64,000 bases of DNA from a virus: the IMG/VR virus record IMGVR_UViG_3300006802_000078, positions 1 through 64,000 of that record; one strand, 5' to 3'. Positions 58,193 through 64,000 of this stretch are shown here, one piece after another. Every line of letters starts with the position of its first letter. Within the stretch, counting starts at the first letter, position 1. Under the pieces are notes generated by a model, which saw only the letters and a list, made by a program, of their open reading frames with translations, ran no database searches and was not told where the DNA came from. Position numbers and translations under genes: made by a program.

Positions 58193-60002
58193 GCGTGACC
58201 GGGACCTTGGGCTCTCCGATGGGCCCAGGCCCCGGGGGCACCGCGCCGACGCTGGGGGGCGCACCCGCTGCGACGTTGCCAGGCGCCGCGGCGGCGCCCA
58301 GGTCGAGCCCAGGGGGAGGGGCGGCTTCGCCCTGCGCTCCGGCTTCCAGTCCTGCGGCCATGCCCGCTCCGGCCGCCCCACCTTGGGCTGCGGCCATGGC
58401 GTCGGCCTGGGCCTTCAGCTTCTCCTCGAACTCCTTCTTCGTGAGCAGGACGTTCGCGGGGGCGCCCATCATCCGCAGGATCCAGTCGACCATGCTATCC
58501 GCGTCGAACCGCGGGGTACCCTGCAGCAGGGGGGTCAGGGCGATCATGCGCTCCATCACCACCTGGGGATTGACCTGCTGCCGGGGGTAGACGTCGATCT
58601 TGTACCGCGCTGGTGCCTTGGCGAAGAGCGCCTTCGACGCGTAGCCCAGGCGCATGTCCTGGAGGAACGCGTCCCGTGGGAGCCGAGGGCGGGGTGAGCT
58701 GCGGATCATCCGATGGTGCTTCGCGGCCAGCTCGGCCACGGCGTTGTCGATGGGGCGACGCCGAGAGCTGATCCGGTCTCGGGCGTCGGCCTGCATGACC
58801 GCCAGCTCGGTCGCGGTGCGCGCCCCCGTGGACTGCCCCCGCTTGCTGTCCATGAGCGACGTCTCGAAGGAGCAGCTCTCCCGCATGAAGTTGATGAAGC
58901 CGGTGATGGCGGGGGCTTCGTCTGGCAGGGGCAAGGGCATGAAGGCGTTGGCCAGGTTCCAGTCCTTCGCCGCCCCCACATGACCTCCCTCGACGTTGGC
59001 TGGGACGAACGCTCCTACCGGAGCGCGCGCTGCCTTCAGCAGGGTCTCGAGCTTCACTCGCGAGGAGTCGTAGAGCATCTTCGGAACCAGGCGGTAGGCG
59101 ATCTCCTGCTGCAGGGTGGTCAGGTCGTTGATGCTGTCCTGCTTGTCGAGCAGCAGGTGCACGTCGCTGTGCCCGAACATGTCGCGCCCGGTCTCGTCGA
59201 ACGCCAGCCTCGTGAGGGGCAGCTCATCGAACCCACCGCTGCGGAGCACCACGCCGCCTCCCAGCCCGCGCTGGTGGTAGTGGACCACGTCGCCCGTGTG
59301 GCAGTCCCAGAACTGCCAGATCCACACCCACCGGCGCGAGTTGAACAGGTCGCGGTTCTGGGACCAGGTGGTGGCATCGGTCAGCCAGTCGGGCCAGTAG
59401 ATGTCCGAGCTGAACGCCCGCATCTGGTCTTCGGTCATGCGGTAGTAGCCGCTGCGGACGCGCTCCCAGAACAGCCCCTCCGGGATCGGGGTGAGGTAGA
59501 GGAAGTAGGCGCTCTCGTCGAAGTAGGTCGCAGTGGGGTCGAAGTGGACCGACCCTGGGCGCGCCGTGGTCGTCACCGGCAGCCCAAGCTCCATGTCCAG
59601 CTCGGTGACGAACCACGCCTGCTTGCAGATCTGCGAGTGTAGGATTGCGGTGTTGATGCGCTCGTCGAGGCGGCTGATGTCGAACGTCCAGTTGATCAGC
59701 GCGTCGAGCCCCGCCTGCTCGTCGCCATCGAGCGGGGAGAAGCGGCCGTTGAACGTGGCCGACACGGGGCCGGACAGGTTGGAGCGCGCGGAGTCGATGA
59801 CGGCGTAGATCACGTTGACCGTGGTCAGCAGCCGCGCCCTACGCCTGCCCGCCTCCCCCGGGTTCCGCCGGAGGTAGTCCGCGCCGAAGTCGCCCATCCA
59901 CGCAGCCTGCGCCCGGTTGATGTTGGGCAGGTCGACGTTGCGGTACCGCGCGACGTGGGCGTCGATGAGCCGGCTCAGGGCGGCCTTGCTGCTGCTGTTC
60001 AT
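58188..60002 (-). CDS. Portal protein
   Basis: 604 aa following terL; DPTA, FGHSDV..L.DKQD.IN, RGQSTGARTATE, low-complexity tail. Confidence 0.85.
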   Translation of the reverse strand: MNSSSKAALSRLIDAHVARYRNVDLPNINRAQAAWMGDFGADYLRRNPGEAGRRRARLLTTVNVIYAVIDSARSNLSGPVSATFNGRFSPLDGDEQAGLDALINWTFDISRLDERINTAILHSQICKQAWFVTELDMELGLPVTTTARPGSVHFDPTATYFDESAYFLYLTPIPEGLFWERVRSGYYRMTEDQMRAFSSDIYWPDWLTDATTWSQNRDLFNSRRWVWIWQFWDCHTGDVVHYHQRGLGGGVVLRSGGFDELPLTRLAFDETGRDMFGHSDVHLLLDKQDSINDLTTLQQEIAYRLVPKMLYDSSRVKLETLLKAARAPVGAFVPANVEGGHVGAAKDWNLANAFMPLPLPDEAPAITGFINFMRESCSFETSLMDSKRGQSTGARTATELAVMQADARDRISSRRRPIDNAVAELAAKHHRMIRSSPRPRLPRDAFLQDMRLGYASKALFAKAPARYKIDVYPRQQVNPQVVMERMIALTPLLQGTPRFDADSMVDWILRMMGAPANVLLTKKEFEEKLKAQADAMAAAQGGAAGAGMAAGLEAGAQGEAAPPPGLDLGAAAAPGNVAAGAPPSVGAVPPGPGPIGEPKVPVTQ

Positions 60003-60013
60003 GTCCGTGGCTC

Positions 60014-62188
60014 CTATGCGTCGCCAGTGATGCCCCAGGCTATCGCGTCAGGATCGTACAAGCTGCGCACGCCTTCCGGCGTGGCTCCTACACGATTCGC
60101 TTCCTGCTGGGCGAGGGCCTCCAGCATCTTCGCCGCAGTGATGCCTTGCGCCCCGCCGGCGAAGAGGGGGGCGAGCTCCTGGTCCATCTCAGCCGCAGCG
60201 CGACTGCGCAGGGCGCTGATGATGGCGGAGGCGCTGACGAGCTCCTGTCGCAGCGCCGCCTCCTCCTCCGTGTCCTTGCGGGGCAGGCGGAACACGGTGG
60301 TGACGAAGATGTCGGCGGCGATGACGTAGCATCTCGCTTGGTCGAAGTGGTGGCGCGCGCCGGTGTTGTCCGCGCGCTTCTGTCGCGGCTTCCAGTCGCC
60401 GTTGTACTGCGCCAGCTCGAGCAAGCCGCTGCGGCTCCGCAGCTTGTGCCTCCGGCTGCGGAGGCCTTCCGCGAGTCGGGCGGTGCCCTGTTCGATGCTC
60501 GACTGCGTCGCCTTCCACCCCGGCAGCCCGTCGGTGTCGTACCAGATCGGGTGTACGTTGCGGTCGCGCAGGACGGAGATGGTGCCGCCGGCCCGCTCCA
60601 AGGCGATGGCGCAGGGGAACTCTGCGGAGGGGGAGTAGAGCTTCTGCACCGCGACGATGATGTCCGCCATCTGCTCCGGCAGCACCTGGCCGCGCCACGC
60701 TGCCACCTCGTGACCGTCCCGAGCGCGGAGCACCACCAGGGCGGAAGGGTCGCCGCTGCCCCGCTTTGAATAGCCGGCGGTGTCGGCGATGAGGACGTAC
60801 ATCTCGTCGACCGACGGCTCGTCGAAGATCTCCGCTCCGTAAGGGCCCTCCCGAAGCGCTGGGCGCTGGTCGGCCTCGGCGAGCATGTCGGCGATAGCGT
60901 CGGCCGGCATGAGGGTGTTCCCCCCACCGAGCCACCCGTGGTAGGGGCTGGGGGGGTACTTGCTGTCGAACTTCGGGTAGCTGCCGCGGAAGGTCGACAC
61001 CGTCTCCAGCCGGCGGAACATCAGGTGCCCGTCGCTGATCCTGCTGGCTTCCTCACTGAGTCCCGCGGACTGGGAGTAGCGGTAGATGATCTCTGCAAGC
61101 CGCTCCTCCTCCTCCGTCCGCTTGAAGTCGGGGGGGACGTCCGCCTGAAGAGGCTCCAGCCGCCACCAGGGGACGAAGATGGGGTGGAACCGCCCCTGGT
61201 TGTCGAGGGCAGCGAACCACTTCTGCTGGTGGTCGCTGCCGAAGGCCCCCCACGTGGACTCCAGGAATACCTGGGCGTTGCCACGCTGGTTGAATGCGGG
61301 GAAGACGTTGCCGGCCGCCCGGGTCTGATCGAGGATCTCCCCCCACTCACTCAGGATGATGCGGTCCACGGCGTGGCCGATACCTGCCGTCGGGCCCCCC
61401 AAGCTGATGACCTTGATGAAGCCCCCGTGGAGAAAGGTCATGCGGCGCTCGCTCCCCGACTTCTGCGACTGGTCGAGGGGCACGCGGAGGCACTTCGGCA
61501 GGTGGCGGTAGGCGAGGCGGATCCGTCGGAACAGCTCGGTGGCGACTGCGTCGCTGTTGGCGGCGATGACGCACTGCAGCCCGCGGAAGTACATCGCGTC
61601 GCGCAGGATGATGGCGAGCGACAGCACAGTCGACATCATCGCTTGGCGGCACTTGCCCACGATGTGCCACTGGTCCAGCCGGGAGGGCTCGAGCCCGAGC
61701 TCCTCCACCGCAGCGAGGCGCTCTTCCGCGGGCAGCGCGCGGATGGCGTTGAGCGCGTGGGTGCGCATCACCACCGCTTCCTGCCAGGGCGTGGGGTCGG
61801 CCAGCCCGAGGTTCTCCGGGGCTTGGTCCCCCAGCGGGTCGCGCTTCTGCAGCTTGTTGATGGTGCTCAGGCGGAAGAAGGCGGTGGGGTGGTTGAGCGC
61901 GTCCAGGATCAGGGTGTAGTCGAGGTGGGCCGTCTGCTCTTCGTGGTCCGGGTCGTCTCTGTCCGGATCGAAGATGTAGACTTCAGCGTCCGGAGCGTAC
62001 AGGCACGACAGGGGGTGGCGGGGCGGCATCTCAGGGCTGTCGAGGCCTACCACCAGGGGGCGAGAGTGCAGTTTGCCGAAGATCGGGTCCGCGGGATCCA
62101 GCGCGCGCCGGACCAGGACGTCGAGTGGGTGGATGTGACTACGATCGGCGACGACGCCTTCCGCGGAGATGCCGAGCTCGGCTTCCAT
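60014..62188 (-). CDS. terL: Terminase large subunit
   Basis: GKCRQAMMST, ILSEWG, FLEST, IFVPWW, YVLIADTAG..GD.SA, ALER, HFDQARC. Confidence 0.9.
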   Translation of the reverse strand: MEAELGISAEGVVADRSHIHPLDVLVRRALDPADPIFGKLHSRPLVVGLDSPEMPPRHPLSCLYAPDAEVYIFDPDRDDPDHEEQTAHLDYTLILDALNHPTAFFRLSTINKLQKRDPLGDQAPENLGLADPTPWQEAVVMRTHALNAIRALPAEERLAAVEELGLEPSRLDQWHIVGKCRQAMMSTVLSLAIILRDAMYFRGLQCVIAANSDAVATELFRRIRLAYRHLPKCLRVPLDQSQKSGSERRMTFLHGGFIKVISLGGPTAGIGHAVDRIILSEWGEILDQTRAAGNVFPAFNQRGNAQVFLESTWGAFGSDHQQKWFAALDNQGRFHPIFVPWWRLEPLQADVPPDFKRTEEEERLAEIIYRYSQSAGLSEEASRISDGHLMFRRLETVSTFRGSYPKFDSKYPPSPYHGWLGGGNTLMPADAIADMLAEADQRPALREGPYGAEIFDEPSVDEMYVLIADTAGYSKRGSGDPSALVVLRARDGHEVAAWRGQVLPEQMADIIVAVQKLYSPSAEFPCAIALERAGGTISVLRDRNVHPIWYDTDGLPGWKATQSSIEQGTARLAEGLRSRRHKLRSRSGLLELAQYNGDWKPRQKRADNTGARHHFDQARCYVIAADIFVTTVFRLPRKDTEEEAALRQELVSASAIISALRSRAAAEMDQELAPLFAGGAQGITAAKMLEALAQQEANRVGATPEGVRSLYDPDAIAWGITGDA

Positions 62189-62209
62189 CGAGTCTCCCGT
62201 GGGGTGGTC

Positions 62210-62292
62210 GTTGCGGGGTGAGCAACAGTGTAACCGAGATGTGATCTATTGCGAGCGCAACTCTTGCACCGGAAATCTACTCGGAGTAGCAT
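62210..62292. promoter_or_regulatory. Divergent promoters: operator 62210-62226 over the terL start site (-10 TACACT, minus strand) and TTGCAC-17-TAGCAT (plus strand, 62264-62292) for the capsid gene
   Basis: gttgc ggggtga gcaac; exact 17-bp spacing on the plus strand. Confidence 0.72.
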
Positions 62293-62338
62293 CTCTGTGT
62301 GAACAGCCATGCCGCACGCTGCGGCCAGGAGCCCTGAG

Positions 62339-63406
62339 ATGCCCGAGCTCGCAACCGCAGACGCCCTGAACCTGGTCCAGGCCGACCGTCGCAAGGGTGT
62401 GGTCAGCACCATGGTCAACGACCTGGTGTTCTTCCAGCACGTCTTCGAGAAGGGCGGCATCACCACCAAGTACGGAGGTGGCAGCTCGATCGAGTTCATC
62501 CAGCACGGCCAGGCTCCCGCCACCGGTATCGGCCTCTACGCCGGCACCGAGGCCGCGCCGATCGGTCGCACCCAGATCCTGCGGAAGGGGCAGACCGAGC
62601 TGCACCACATGATGGTCGTGATCGCCATCCCCAACCAGGACCTGATCACGAACAGCGGCCCCTCCCGCGTCGAGGAGATGTGGAAGGTCTACACCGAGGC
62701 GACGGTCACCGGTACGCACCGGGACATCGAGACCTTCTGGCACACCGGCGTGTCCGAGGGCAACGTCTTCTCGACCGCGGCCCTGTCCGGACTGCTCAGC
62801 GGGAACGGGCAGTTCACCGGCGGCCTCCGCATCGGCGTCGAGAACGGGATGCTTGAGTACCGCACCCCGGCGCTCCAGTCCGCCGGCGCCGCCTCCTTCA
62901 TGGGGATCACCCGGAGCACCACCTACAACTGGTACAACAACTTCGGCTTGGTCACCACGATCGACACCGACTTCCACGAGGTCTTCGGCAAGACCATCCG
63001 CGAGGCCTCCCGCTTCGCTGGCAAGGCCAACGCGCCGTACATCGCCTTCGCGGACCCCACCAGCTTCGGCAAGCTCCACGCGTGGCGCTACCAGCCGGTG
63101 CGGGTGACCAGCATCGACCAGGCCACCGAGCGGGACAACTTCCACTCGGTGAAGATCGGCAGCTGCACCTTCTACGAGGCCCGCGACATCGACATCACCC
63201 TGTTCTCCGGGGATGCGGCCAACGGGGTGGTCAACGGCTACAACCTGAGCGACATCGAGATCACCTTCGCGGAGATGCCCAAGCTCAGCAACTACGAGAA
63301 GGTGGTCATCAACCAGGACGTCCTGGCCTGCAGCTACATGATGCGGCTCCAGTTCCTGGTCAAGAACCTGCCGTCCCACTGGGCGCTGGCCGGCACCGCC
63401 CGCTGA
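62339..63406 (+). CDS. Major capsid protein
   Basis: 355 aa; GGSSIEF, GL.GL, FMGITRST.YNWYN; strong codon bias; own promoter; SD AGGAG. Confidence 0.85.
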   Translation: MPELATADALNLVQADRRKGVVSTMVNDLVFFQHVFEKGGITTKYGGGSSIEFIQHGQAPATGIGLYAGTEAAPIGRTQILRKGQTELHHMMVVIAIPNQDLITNSGPSRVEEMWKVYTEATVTGTHRDIETFWHTGVSEGNVFSTAALSGLLSGNGQFTGGLRIGVENGMLEYRTPALQSAGAASFMGITRSTTYNWYNNFGLVTTIDTDFHEVFGKTIREASRFAGKANAPYIAFADPTSFGKLHAWRYQPVRVTSIDQATERDNFHSVKIGSCTFYEARDIDITLFSGDAANGVVNGYNLSDIEITFAEMPKLSNYEKVVINQDVLACSYMMRLQFLVKNLPSHWALAGTAR

Positions 63407-63410
63407 TGAA

Positions 63411-63427
63411 GGGGGCCTTCGGCCCCC
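63411..63427 (+). terminator. Hairpin after the capsid gene
   Basis: GGGGGCC-TTC-GGCCCCC; no U-tract. Confidence 0.45.
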
Positions 63428-63485
63428 CATCCCCCCGGACTCCGTTCACCCCCTTCTGGTCCTTCTCCCTCGCGGAGCTACTCCG

Positions 63486-64000
63486 ATGCCCTTCAACGCC
63501 ATCCCCGTCCTCGACGGCGCCATCACCGACACCTTCTCCCAGGCGGGGCAGGCCGCTCGCCTCGGCGAGCTCCGCTGGGTCCCGAAGGAGAAGCTCACCA
63601 AGGAGCTGTCCTCCTACGCATCTGGCTTCGAGGGGACCGGTGTCATTGTCCGCTTCGTCAAGGCCACCGCGGCCGCTGGCCTCACCATCGGCCAGCTGGC
63701 GCGGAGCACCATGTCGAGCGGCGCCGGCCTCTACAACGTCAAGTCCTGCGACGCCGCCGGTGTCGCCAGCCCCCGGGAGATCCAGGGGGTCGCCGTCGGC
63801 ACCGTCGCCCAGAACTACTACGGCTGGGTCATCTGCTGGGGTCCCTGTCGGCCGCTCAGCGCCGACGGTGGCATCGTCGCTCTGGAAGCGCTGTCGAGCC
63901 ACACCAGCGGGCAGGTCGACACCAACCCGGCCGACGGGACCGAGGGGCGGATCGGCATGGCGCTCGAGGATGACGGTGCCACCGGCGAGGCCTTCTGGGC
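63486..64000 (+). CDS. Capsid decoration/cement protein (partial, runs off the window)
   Basis: VRFVKA, GVAVGTVAQNYYGWVICWGP, RIGMAL; follows the capsid gene. Confidence 0.7.
   Translation, partial: MPFNAIPVLDGAITDTFSQAGQAARLGELRWVPKEKLTKELSSYASGFEGTGVIVRFVKATAAAGLTIGQLARSTMSSGAGLYNVKSCDAAGVASPREIQGVAVGTVAQNYYGWVICWGPCRPLSADGGIVALEALSSHTSGQVDTNPADGTEGRIGMALEDDGATGEAFW

Noticed and set aside
442-62188. Alternative genetic code as the cause of odd residues in conserved motifs
   Set aside because: The substitutions involve different codons with no consistent pattern, and genes end normally at TGA/TAG with coupled starts

Overview
A 64-kb segment of a large, very GC-rich (roughly 70%, estimated by eye) tailed dsDNA phage; the host cannot be determined from sequence. 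Positions 1-46.4 kb are one leftward (minus-strand) arm. Its replication/recombination module (0.4-17 kb) encodes a DUF927 helicase, an SMC/Rad50-like ATPase, a Dda/RecD-like helicase, a UDG-PolA fusion, SSB-like, Sak4-like and Cas4-like proteins, an XRE regulator and an SNF2-like helicase. An HNH nuclease, a MazG-like enzyme and a Dam-like methylase follow, then about 60 small, translationally coupled accessory genes that include denV, RNase H, a degenerate ComM/YifB, RadC and a kinase. Positions 46.4-49.9 kb are largely non-coding, with dense hairpins, an AT-rich patch, short tandem repeats and divergent promoters. From 49.9 kb the genes run rightward into the head module, where terminase-large and portal are inverted between the scaffold-like and major capsid genes. 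Most notable: (1) an ORF-free ~1.15-kb region packed with hairpins (candidate large ncRNA or ssDNA structure); (2) a 226-nt tmRNA/tRNA-Ala hybrid RNA; (3) a GTTGC-N7-GCAAC operator at six promoters, probably read by a leaderless XRE protein; (4) an apparently catalytically dead ComM; (5) a PolA with substituted steric-gate and minor-groove residues. All protein calls rest on motifs recognised by eye, not on database searches.
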